Assembly (NCBI RefSeq): GCF_031769215.1
Contig: NW_026782161.1
Coordinates: 496,001-560,000, forward strand
DNA from: Ylistrum balloti
Lineage: Eukaryota
DNA: 64,000 bases
Direction of reading: 5' to 3'
Positions 22,500 to 35,967 of this stretch are shown piece after piece. A program made the translations under genes and the position numbers. Within the stretch, counting starts at the first letter, position 1. Every line of letters begins with the position of its first letter. The notes under the pieces are model-generated. The model had not been told where the DNA came from. It was given only the letters and a program-made list of their open reading frames with translations, and did no database searches.

Positions 22500-23150
22500 C
22501 AACTGCAGTTTTATAATAAAAATCAAAGTAAACTTTGAGATCCTGAAGTCATGGAATTCACAATTTTGATTAAGTACCTCAAGATCCTTCTATCCATGAA
22601 TAGTATTGAATTCTAACATATTCTGGTATTAGGAGGACTTTTGTAATCACAATCAACCCAAACCACTTTGACCTGTCCAGCAAGTCCCTAGGGTTAGCCA
22701 GGTGCCCACAAAACTGCCATTCCATACTAATAATTCTAACCAATTTCTGATGGAAAGTAAGTGAACAACACTAAAAGATATGTTTCCTCATCCACCCTCC
22801 CCTGGGCCTTTTTTTTTTTTTTTTTTTAATTTTCACTCAATTTGATTCAGTTTGGTTCCATCCATCAAGCCCTTTAGGGGCAGGAATGGGTAAATATATA
22901 TGTGCACATCATTAAACTACTAACTAATTTTGAATTATTTCCAATTGAATTCAAACAAATAAACTCAAACATGCAATTTCCATTGATAAATTATTGTAAA
23001 TTTTACCCCTTCCCCAAGGGGAGATGCAAGACCCTGGGAATGTGAAAATCACAAAACTATGTAAAGGAATTTAGATTCTACCATACCTGGGTCTATAAAG
23101 TACATTTTTGAGTTAATTAAGTCAATTTGACCATTGTAGGCACCGGCCCT
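22500..23150 (+). mobile_element. Fragment of the dispersed Helentron-like family also at 8054-9110 and 30004-30435
   Basis: Shares the blocks gagatcctga..catggaattcacaattttg..aagtacct.aagat.cttc.atccatga and gaccctggg...aaatcaca...tagattctaccatacctgggt. Confidence 0.45.
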
Positions 23151-23344
23151 CAAATTTATAACCACACAGTTATCATAAACAACAATCTCAGATAAACAGC
23201 TTCTTAAATCACACAGAAAGCTTTATAATATGTCAAGTAATCAAAACATAATGAAATTAAAAAAAACAGGAGCATATTTAATGATTTATTAGAAAATAAT
23301 CTAAATAATTTCATATCAACATATATAAACTGTATTTAATGTAT

Positions 23345-23682
23345 ACAGGGAAACTCCTGACAAAGTTTAACATTTATAGGGAAACTCCTGACAAAGTTTA
23401 ACATTTACAGGGAAACTTTTAACAAAGTTAAACATTTACAGGGAAACTCCTGACAAAGTTTAACATTTACAGGGAAACTTTTAACAAAGTTAAACATTTA
23501 CAGGGAAACTCCTGACAAAGTTTAACATTTACAGGGAAACTCCTGACAAAGTTTAACATTTACAGGGAAACTCCTGACAAAGTTTAACATTTACAGGGAA
23601 ACTTTTAACAAAGTTTAACATTTGCAGGGAAACTTTTGACAAAGTTTAACGTATACAGGGAAAGTTTTGACAAAGTTTAACG
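23345..23682. repeat. Minisatellite, ~31-bp unit, ~11 copies
   Basis: Unit tttacagggaaact(cctg/ttta)acaaagtttaaca. Confidence 0.93.
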
Positions 23683-24324
23683 TCTGTTTTTGTATTTAAC
23701 AATTAGGATTAAGGTAAAGATGACTTACAGTATGACAATTACAGCTGACATGTATACGTTTTTGGATGAAATGTAACAATTTGAGTTCTTATATAGTTAC
23801 AAGTTATGCAAGGGTAAAAAAAACACCTTTGGTGAAAATTTCCCTGTGTACAGTATAAAATTGTCATGATCCACATCATTTTGAATTCAAACAACTGGGA
23901 AGTGTTGTATACTGTATTGAATGACGAAATAGAAGGAATGTTACCCAATTTGAAATGAAACTTATTATCCATGTATCATCCAGCCTTAAGTTTTTCCTCT
24001 ACTTACTGTCATGTTTTACCTTACTACAAACATAGGTTATTTGTCTGTGCTGCATTCCCATTCATCCTGACTTCTGGGGTGATTCTTTTCATAATCATTA
24101 AGTGTTTATCTATTCTCCATTACCTGTAGGTATATTTGATTATAAAAGCAAGGAGCAGGTTTTCATGAGCTATGCCTGTTTTTCCTTTTCCTTTTGTCTG
24201 TAAAATCACAACAATGAAATATTCTGAAATGAAAAACTTTGGCTTAACATTTCACTATAATGACATATCAATAAATGTGAAGCCACCTCTTTATAATCAC
24301 AGAGAAATATAATTACCTGTATCC

Positions 24325-27260
24325 TTAACACAGCACTAGAGTGTCATCTCTCACAATAACCCTTCCTTCTCACTACAGTGTTACAGTCATTATCTCACAC
24401 AATAACCCTTCCTTCTTAACACAGTGTTACAGTGATTCTCACACAATAACCCTTCCTTCTTAACACAGTGTTACAGTGATTCTCAAACAATAACCCTTCC
24501 TTCTTAACACAGTGTTACAGTGATTCTCAAACAATAACCCTTCCTTCTTAACACAGGGTTACAGTGATTCTCACACAATAACCCTTCCTTCTTAACACAG
24601 TGTTACAGTGATTATCTCACACAATAACCCTTCCTTCTTAACACAGTGTTACAGTCATTATATCACACAATAACCCTTCCTTCTTAACACAGTGTTACAG
24701 TGATTCTCACACAATAACCCTTCCTTCTTAACACAGTGTTACAGTCATTATCTCACACAATAACCCTTCCTTCTTAACACAGTGTTACAGTCATTATCTC
24801 ACACAATAACCCTTCCTTCTTAACACAGTGTTACAGTGATTCTCACACAATAACCCTTCCTTCTTAACACAGTGTTTCAGTGATTCTCACACAATAACCC
24901 TCCCATCTCACCAGTATTACAATGATTCTCACACAATAACCCTTCCTTCTTTACAGTGTTGCAATGATTCTCACACAATAACCCTTCCATCTTAACAGTG
25001 TTACAGTGATTCTCACACAATAACCCTTCCTTCTTAACACAGTGTTACAGTGATTCTCACACAATAACCCTTCCTTCTTAACACAGTGTTACAGTCATTA
25101 TCTCACACAATAACCCTTCCTTCTTAACACAGTGTTACAGTCATTATATCACACAATAACCCTTCCTTCTTAACACAGTGTTACAGTAATTCTCACACAA
25201 TAACCCTTCCTTCTTAACACAGTGTTACAGTGATTCTCACACAATAACCCTTCCTTCTTAACACAGTGTTACAGTGATTCTCACACAATAACCCTTCCTT
25301 CTTAACAATGTTACAGTCATTATCTCACACAATAACCCTTCCTTCTTAACACAGTGTTACAGTGATTCTCACACAATAACCCTTCCTTCTTAACACAGTG
25401 TTACAGTCATTATCTCACACAATAACCCTTCCATCTTAACAGTGTTACAATGATTCTCAAACAATAACCCTTCCTTCTTTACACAGTGTTACAGTCATTC
25501 TCACACAATAACCCTTCCATCTTAACACAGTGTTACAGTGATTCTCACACAATAACCCTTCCTTCTTAACACAGTGTTACAGTCATTATCTCACACAATA
25601 ACCCTTCCTTCTTAACACAGTGTTACAGTGATTCTCACACAATAACCCTTCCTTCTCTTTTTTACAGACTTTATCTAAAATAACCCTTCCTTCTTAACAC
25701 AGTGTTACAGTCATTATCTCACACAATAACCCTACCTTCTTAACACAGTGTTACAGTGATTCTCACACAATAACCCTTCCATCTTAACACAGTGTTAAAA
25801 TGATTCTCACACAATAACCCTCCCATCTCACCAGTATTACAATGATTCTCACACAATAACCCTTCCTTCTTAACACAGTGTTACAGTCATTATCTCACAC
25901 AATAACCCTTCCTTCTTAACACAGTGTAACAGTGATTCTCACACAATAACCCTTCCTTCTTAACACAGTGTTACAGTCATTATCTCACACAATAACCCTT
26001 CCTTCTTAACACAGTGTTACAGTGATTCTCACACAATAACCCTTCCTTCTTAACACAGTGTTACAGTGATTCTCAAACAATAACCCTTCCTTCTTAACAC
26101 AGTGTTACAGTGATTCTCACACAATAACCCTTCCTTCTTAACACAGTGTTACAGTGATTCTCACACAATAACCCTTCCTTCTTAACACAGTGTTACAGTC
26201 ATTATATCACACAATAACCCTTCCTTCTTAACACAGTGTTACAGTCATTATCTCACACAATAACCCTTCCTTCTTAACACAGTGTTACAGTCATTATCTC
26301 ACACAATAACCCTTCCTTCTTAACACAGTGTTACAGTCATTATCTCACACAATAACCCTTCCTTCTTAACACAGTGTTTCAGTGATTCTCACACAATAAC
26401 CCTCCCATCTCACCAGTATTACAATGATTCTCACACAATAACCCTTCCTTCTTAACACAGTGTTACAGTGATCCGCACACAATAACCCTTCCATCTTAAC
26501 ACAGTGTTACAGTCATTCTCAAACAATAACCCTTCCTTCTTAACACAGTGTTACAGTCATTCTCAAACAATAACCCTTCCTTCTTAACACAGTGTTACAG
26601 TGATTCTCACACAATAACCCTTCCATCTTAACACAGTGTTAAAATGATTCTCACACAATAACCCTCCCATCTCACCAGTATTACAATGATTCTCACACAA
26701 TAACCCTTCCTTCTTAACACAGTGTTACAATGATTCTCACACAATAACCCTTCCTTCTTAACACAGTGTTACAGTCATTATCTCACACAATAACCCTTCC
26801 TTCTTAACACAGTGTAACTCAGTGATGATCTCACACAATAACCCTTCCTTCTTAACACAGTGTTACAGTGATTCTCAAACAATAACCCTTCCTTCTTAAC
26901 ACAGTGTTACAGTCATTATCTCACACAATAACCCTTCCTTCTTAACACAGTGTTACAGTGATTATCTCACACAATAACCCTTCCTTCTTAACACAGATTT
27001 ACAGTAATTATCTCACACAATAACCCTTCCTTCTCGCCACAGATTTACAGTAATTATCTCACACAATAACCCTTCCATCTCACAGTGTTACAGTCATTAT
27101 CTCACACAATAACCCTTCCTTCTTAACACAGTGTAACAGTGATTCTCACACAATAACCCTTCCATCTAACCCTTCCATCTCACAGTGTTACAGTCATTAT
27201 CTCACACAATAATCATTCATTCTCATCACAGTATTCGTACATTCTCACAGAATAACCCTT
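24325..27260. repeat. Satellite-like tandem array, 44/46-bp unit, ~65 copies
   Basis: Unit cacaataacccttccttcttaacacagtgttacagt(gattctca/cattatctca), with recurrent diagnostic variants. Confidence 0.97.
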
Positions 27261-27362
27261 TGCCTCTCAAATTAATATATAGATATGTCATAAAATAACC
27301 ATCTGTAAATACAAAGTAATCTTTAAGGTGTTTCCTGGCAAGTGGTGATCCTATTCATATGC

Positions 27363-30300
27363 TCATTGAATGGAGCATTGTCCTGAAATAGAATTATGAA
27401 AATCTTGATAATCATTTTAGCAGTTCTGTGTATATACTTTGATATATTGGAATTTGATGCATTTGATCTTAATATTAGGTAGCAGAGGTTTTTAACACTT
27501 AGTTTTTCTTATCCTTATCTGTATTTTCTAAAAATGAGTTTGAATTTACTTATCATAGATCAACAGCTATCCAACTATCTATAAAAAAAAACATATACAA
27601 ATTTAAGAGAGAGAAAAAAGATAATTACAATTTCTTGTTACAAGCAAAATGTTTATACAAAAGAAATGTATCTTTTAGTTTCTAAATATATGATGTAATT
27701 CAATTTAAATCCTGTACAATGAAAAATACAAAAGTATCTCTTAAAAATTTGATCAATTTCAAACAATGGTAAATATCTCTAAAATCTTTGGATATTGTTC
27801 CTTCTTTGATACTGGTGAGCTTACTTAACATAACTTAAAACATTATGATTAGAAAGTTAATATTAACGATAGTTCTGTGGTCCCCCTATATCAGCAGGTG
27901 TTCTAATATTTCAAAATGACCTCAGTAGGCGACATTTCTGGTAGTGTTGTTTATGACACACCTACATTAAGACTACTGTTTGTTCTAGCTTACCAAGGTA
28001 TTTATTGTCTGTCTCTTCCTCTTGTGTAGAAGTATCTGCTGTGTTGAGTTGCTGAATAGATAGAAAGGTCTGGATCTTTTCTGCTTCTTCCATCCATAAA
28101 TGAGTCTGATAAAACATAAAACATTCAATTCACACAAAAAACAGTAAATGTATGAAAATATCTTTTTTAATATTTCTGATTAAAACAATTATAAAGATAA
28201 AACTAGTGTTTAGTCATAGAAAAATTGTGACTAACAAAACTTTATTGTACTTACTCTAAAACTGCCAATATGTTTCCCATCATCTATAATATCTAACATC
28301 AAAGTACACTAATGAACTAAAACGCCAATTCTATACATACTTAAAGCACCAGAGTGTGGATATATGTTTCTGTTTTTCACAATAATTGTCTCCATGTTTG
28401 AGAGTTTCCCTGTCAAACATTTACAATATAAGATTTCCAAATTCATTTCTTGTACAGCATCAACTGTATCAATATAGAAGTAGACCACATATAGAGTGTT
28501 GTTTATGATAAACCCAAGTGATTATAATCACGGATTCTCACCTGTTTCCCTAACAAGTCTTTTCTTTTTCCTTTTGGTTCCTCTGTAATAAAACAAGAAT
28601 ATGTACTCTCAAATGACAAGGAATTATTATACCATACCAAAATCAATCTCTTGACCTTTTGTTACATACTGTATATTTATTTGTACTGGAACAGCATTTG
28701 CTTTCTCCCAGTTTCAAGACAGATAAATAGAATATGAAAACTCCTACCCGATACGTATATAGACAACTAAGAACAATCTGTATAGAAAATAAGATATCAT
28801 ATTTCAACATTTTGATAAGTCATTAAAAGTAATGTAAAGTAGGCTACATGGTTTTCTAGTTGTTAACACTATACTTATAGTACTATCTGTATGAAATACG
28901 TGATAATTAAAACATGAGGCCCATGGGCCTTAATGGTCATCTGACATAAAATACAACATTTCAAATTTTGAACTTGAGAAGAAGTCGAAAATGTTTTTTC
29001 AAGATGGCGGCCATGTTGGATTTCGGACCAACCCGAAATTAACAAACTTCGGTCAGGATCATGTCACGATCATTTCAGGTAAGTTTCAGCTCAATGAGAC
29101 ATGTAGAACTTGAGAAGAAGTTGAAAATTTTTACGACGAATGACGCCGGACAAAAGGCGATCGCAATAGGTCATCAGACCCTTCGGTCAGATGACCGAAT
29201 AAATACCAGGTATCATTCCATAATTAATACTGATACCTGTTTTAGGACTAGTATACATATATGTACATAAAAACACTCTGTAGGCAACCTGTTTTTAATC
29301 AAATGTACAAATGATTCATTATTTGATAAAACAAAAATCACTCTCACATAAAACTGTAATGAATTAAATATACCTTTCAGGGCATGGATCACAGTTCTTA
29401 ATCCCAGTTCATAGTGGCCAAGTGCAGATTCATAATCTTCAGCTGTATGCTGAAATCCATTATAAAATGTTAAGTAGATTGCAAACAACAAATTCATATT
29501 ACTACTTCTACAAAAAAAAAATTAATTTTGAAATGGTAGCCACAAAATCGCATTATTTCTAGATTAGAATTTATCATTCAGTATCCATCGATTTGATGGA
29601 AAGTTTAGCTATAGTTCAAACTATGAAAAGAACCTCCAACCTAGAAATATACATCCAAAGCTTGTTCATTTCCTGGTTGGGGCATAAAATTACTTCTCCT
29701 GGGGTGTTTTTTAATTTTATTGTATATTTTACAGTCAGTAATTAATGCTAGTTATGTTTCTCTTTGTTCAACAGGGTAAAGCTTTGGTATATTATCATGA
29801 ATAGTACAGACTAAAACATATTTCCATTCCAGTTTAGTAGTATTATGTAGACAACTTTGTACAACAGTTTTACCTCAATCTCCGCTCCTTTAACGACTTT
29901 TAATGCTGCAATCATTTCATCATTGTGTTCATACATCTCCACTGCAAAAAAATATATAAAAAAAATAAAATGTTTTTATGAAAATAAAATAAATCACTTC
30001 ATTAACAAGAGGCCTTGCAGCCTTAACGGTCACCTGAGATTAGCAATATTGAACATTAAAGTTATAGGGTAAGTTGCTTTCAAGTGACACGAAAAAGAAA
30101 TTGTGATAGTTATGAAAGTAAGACTTAAGTGATATGTTTCAAGTCCTTTGGAGCCCATCATCCAGTGTCAATATATGCATAGCGTAAAAACTGTCATTCT
30201 AATCTAATTATTCTTACCAAGTTATTTCAAATGAATATAACAACTTTATTCTCAAAAATCCAATTATCTGATAAAACTAGAATAAACTTCAACCCCTGCC

Positions 30301-33300
30301 CAGGAGAAAATGTGAGACCCTGGGGTCATGAAATTCACAACTTTGTTAAAGCACCTAAAGATGCTTCCATCCATGAAGAGTATTTGACACTACCATATCT
30401 GGGTGTTGAGCAAAAGATTTTTGAAATTTAAATCAATTTGACAAGTTAATGTTATTGTGGGTTTGTCCGATGTCACATGACTTACAGTGTTGTTATTGTG
30501 GGTTTGTTTGATGTCACATGACTTACAGTGTTGTTATTGTGGGTTTGTCCGATGTCACATGACTTACAGTGTTGTTATTGTGGGTTTGTTTGATGTCACA
30601 TGACTTACAGTGTTGTTATTGTGGGTTTGTCTGGTGTCACATGACTTACAGTGTTGTTATTGTGGGTTTGTTTGATGTCACATGACTTACAGTGTTGTTA
30701 TTGTGGGTTTGTCTGATGTCACATGACTTACAGTGTTGTTATTGTGGGTTTGTCTGATGTCACATGACTTACAGTGTTGTTATTGTGGGTTTGTCTGATG
30801 TCACATGACTTAGTTTTGTTGTTGTGGGTTTGTCTGATGTCACATGACTTACAGTGTTGTTATTGTTGGTTTGTCTGATGTCACATGACTTAGTGTTGTT
30901 ATTGTGGGTTTGTCTGATGTCACATGGCTTACAGTGTTGTTATTGTGGGTATGTCTAATGTCACATGACTTACAGTGTTGTTATTGTGGGTTTGTCTGAT
31001 GTCACATGACTTACAGTGTTGTTATTGTGGGTTTGTTTGATGTCACATGACTTACAGTGTTGTTATTGTGGGTATGTCTGATGTCACATGACTTACAGTG
31101 TTGTTATTGTGGGTTTGTTTGATGTCACATGACTTACAGTGTTGTTATTGTGGGTTTGTTTGATGTCACATGACTTACAGTGTTGTTATTGTGGGTTTGT
31201 TTGATGTCACATGACTTACAGTGTTGTTATTATGGGTTTGTCTGATGTCACATGACTTAGTTTTGTTGTTGTGGGTTTGTCTGATGTCACATGACTTACA
31301 GTGTTGTTATTGTGGGTTTGTCTGATGTCACATGACTAACAGTGTTGTTATTGTGGGTTTGTCTGGTGTCACATGACTTACAGTGTTGTTATTGTGGGTT
31401 TGTCTGATGTCACATGACTTACAGTGTTGTTATTGTGGGTTTGTCTGATGTCACATGGCTTACAGTGTTGTTATTGTGGGTATGTCTGATGTCACATGAC
31501 TAACAGTGTTGTTATTGTGGGTTTGTCTGGTGTCACATGACTTACAGTGTTATTGTGGTTTGTTTGATATTAAATGACCTAGTGTTGTTGTGGGTTTGTT
31601 TGATATTAAATGACTTAGTGTTATTGTGGTTTGTTTGATATTAAATGACTTAGTGTTGTTGTGGGTTTGTTTGATATTAAATGACCTAGTGTTGTTGTGG
31701 GTTTGTTTGATATTAAATGACTTAGTGTTATTGTGGTTTGTTTGATATTAAATGACTTAGTGTTGTTGTGGGTTTGTTTGATATTAAATGACTTACTGAG
31801 CTTTCATAGCGGAAATGTCTGAGGTAACATGATTTGATGACAGTGTTTTTTTTGTAGTGAGATCATGTAAGTCACATAACTTACACAATATTGTTGTTGT
31901 GGAATTGTCTGAGGTCACATGACTAAGAAATGTGGTTATCTGATGTCACATGACTAAGAAATGGGGTTGTCTGATGTCACATGACTTACAAAGTTGTTGT
32001 AGTGGATCAGTAGAACAAGATCTTTTCAGAACTTCATTCTTTTTTGGCTTCATTAATGTCTTTAATTCTTCAGCTCTGTTAATGTATTCTTTAACCTTGG
32101 AAGTAAAGCAAAACAAAAATCATTTACAGTCTCTTTACTCTGCATGCTGAATGCCACTATGATAGAGGAAAAACTGCTGTGTCAGCTATTCATTATCTGT
32201 AAACTTTCACAGTCATAGCTTTCTGAAGCTAAAGTTGTTTTTAAATTGGTTAAAAAATCAAACACAAAAAACAGTCTGAGTAAACATTTTCACTAAATTT
32301 TTGTACATATCTCTTATTTGTTCTATATAAGTATGCTTACTTTTTTCCTCAGTACTTCTTTCTTTTCTCTATCTTTCTCATCTGGAGACAAAAACAAATG
32401 AAACAAATCAGTTTTTACCTTATTTAACCATCTTGGTAAAATTGATATTTCAGTTACGTCTAGGTACAGTAAACATGGATGAGTAGAAGTCGACTGGACA
32501 ACATGAAATATTGGACTTACAAGATGATTCAACTCAGCTGTGTTTCTATATATTTTTTAATGGAGACATTGTGCATTGGAGATTGACCCTATTTTCATCA
32601 GTTGTTTACCGGATACGTGTAAACAGAGGGATTAATGTTCGACTGAAAATTACATAGGGGCTTGTTAACACAGATACGGCTGACCGATCACTCTCAGTCA
32701 TCTGTACCAAAGTCAGGAAATTTTTACCCGAGACAGGGTGACACCTGAATCTTCGACACAAGAAAGGACATTTTGGTAGATTTTATAAGGGATGGACCAC
32801 AAATTATATGCAACAAAACTTGGTATATGGCTCAACAGTGTTTCAATCATCTGTGTTTAATTTACTAAGATGCAGAAGAGAAAAAATCGGTACCAAAAAA
32901 AACATTTGACTTATCTGATGTATTTGATCAAAGTGTGTTTGACACAAGTGAGTTTTACTTTATGGTATATAAAAATAAAATAAATGTCAGGTCACAGATG
33001 AAGGTATAATGTAACACAAAGCAACACAGAACTCTACGACTGAGGAAATATGTTAATGTTAACAAGCTTTAATAAAACTTATATTGAAAATTGTATCATT
33101 TCACTGTCATGAAAATAGGGAAAAACTCACGATGGATGGCTGGGATGAAGTGAGAGAGAGAATCACAGTAGTGTTTTACAGCTGCTGCATAATCTCCTTT
33201 CTGGTCTGAAAGTACAGCATCCCGTACAATGGCTACCTGTAAATACACAAAAATACATTACAGTATCACATAACATGGACACAAATAATTTTAATCATGA

Positions 33301-35924
33301 AGTCACTTTGCACCAAATATAATGCGAAGGTATCGGCAGATCGGAAAGGACAGAAAAATGTGTGAAATCGCTTACCGCTTTATCCAAGGATTGATTACTA
33401 GGCATATGGTCAAGATCAACAAACGGATGATTAAAGAAGTCATCGAAGCCTATTCTCTTATCCGGGTCTCTTTTCAGCATCCGTAGTAAAATATTTCTAC
33501 ACGAGTCTGAAACCGTGACACCATAAGGAAGCTGAAAAACACCAACATCAGATTGATAAATGTGAAAACAGACCTGTATCTAACACCAACATCAGATTGA
33601 TAAATGTGAAAACAGACCTGTATCTAACACCAACATCAGATTGATAAATGTGAAAACAGACCTGTATCTAACACCAACATCAGATTGATAAATGTGAAAA
33701 CAGACCTGTATCTAACACCAACATCAGATTGATAAATGTGAAAACAGACCTGTATCTAACACCAACATCAGATTGATAAATGTGAAAACAGACCTGTATC
33801 TAACACCAACATCAGATTGATAAATGTGAAAACAGACCTGTATCTAACACCAACATCAGATTGATAAATGTGAAAACAGACCTGTATCTAACACCAACAT
33901 CAGATTGATAAATGTGAAAACAGACCTGTATCTAACACCAACATCAGATTGATAAATGTGAAAACAGACCTGTATCTAACACCAACATCAGATTGATAAA
34001 TGTGAAAACAGACCTGTATCTAACACCAACATCAGATTGATAAATGTGAAAACAGACCTGTATCTAACACCAACATCAGATTGATAAATGTGAAAACAGA
34101 CCTGTATCTAAACTCAGTACGTAAACAAACAATTATTAGAAGTAAGCTGTCAATTTGAATATACTTCCACTTTTAGTGTTTGTTCATTACAGGTTTTTCA
34201 CCTCCTTGACTTGTCCTATTTCTGGGATTTTTACATTGACAAACGTCGGTGTTCTAGTGACATAAAAGCGTGGACTAGATCCCAATATGGGGTTGAGTCA
34301 TCTGTCAAGATGTCCAAATTGTTGGCTTGTTTTAGAAGACAACTCCTGGGTCTAATGGTGCCTTATCCTGTGGGTGACATAGATAGCGTTTGCCACATCG
34401 TACCAGTCGATTCTTGTCGGTTTGGTTAGAAGGGGTTGGGTGAGGTTGACGTGATTTTTATTGAATGTTACTTATTCCTTCTAATATCTTCATAACAAAT
34501 ATTTTAACCCTATATTCCCAAAACCTGTTGATCAGTGTTATCATGCTTACTCTCCTGTTCTCATATTACTTTCTAGTACATGTATATGTTGAAGGTCTAT
34601 TGAAACAGCTGAGTCAATCAGGTGACAAGGTGAGCTTTTAATCAGCTGGCCTCTGATGTAACTGCAGAGACTGGACATATAGGAATATTTCTTTCTTTTT
34701 TTTTCACTGTTTTCTGCATTTGGCTAAGATTTTGGAAAATACTCACATGTAGATTTTTTATCCAGGTATAAAAGCAATAGTAAGTTCTAAATAAAATTTT
34801 AATGTCTGATGCCAAATACAATATATACCTCTACTGGTTTTGAATCCCAAATTTTCTCCTCAAGTTCCTTCAAGTTTTTGGAAGCAAAGGGTGCGCGACC
34901 AAATAAACATTCTGTGAAGAAAAGAATTTAAAGTTCAAACTAATACTGATCCTCTCTCTGCAAATTTGATATAAAAATAATATCATATGAAAATTTCAAT
35001 AGGTTAACATAAATTCTGAAAATCATTTCTCTATCTAAAGTTTCTAATGTTGTCAACCTTTAACCATTATATATGTAAAACCTTATCACAGATCTTAAAA
35101 AGCTAAGTGTTTAAGGGTCATCACTCATCAGTGAAAACAAATTATAATCAGTTCCACTGAATATCAATCATCACATTTATTTGTACTTAGATAACCAGAT
35201 GTTGTATATTATGTTTGAACATTTTTGTCTATATAAGACCCAAAAGTTGATACTGAAATTTTTTCAATACTGATTAAATGTGAAGAAATATTAGGTAATT
35301 CTAGCATTCTTCATATTTTTAGCAGGTCATGATACAGCTAACATCAAGTTTGCATGATAAAATCAGGTGAACTGACACAGAATCTTGCACATTTTAACTG
35401 ACATCACATTCGTAAATACTGAGGATGATATATTTTTTGTATGAACATGTAATGTACCAGAGAAAGCCTTTACAATTCTTCAGTACGTATGATTTGGTAG
35501 TTCTGATTGTCACTAGTTACACTAAATTATGAGTACTTTTGCAAACACAACCAACATTACATTTGCTTCATATTACAGACAGAAGATTACTTTAATAACG
35601 GGTTACGTTTAGAGTTCAATTAAAAGTATTGTTTCAAGATTAAGCAAAATGTATGACACCTAGAATTAATAGGTAACTTTAAAAAGTGTCAAATGTAATC
35701 ATGGTAGGTTTCCAAATAAATGAGCAAATACCATTTAAGCAGCAAATCTTTTAAGGTTTTTTCAATTTTTGCAAGATTTTACATCAACATATATTATACA
35801 AGACACACATTCATACACATCCATATACCAGTAACACATAAGGATACATCAATATATCATCTTATCATTATTATTATTAAGTCATTAATACATAATCATA
35901 TTACATCCATCATCATCATCGTTG

Positions 35925-35967
<43 letters not shown>

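Noticed and set aside
24325-31795. Common origin of the 44/46-bp and 41-bp arrays (both contain cacaataac)
   Set aside because: Only 9 bp are shared, on opposite strands; the rest of the units do not align.
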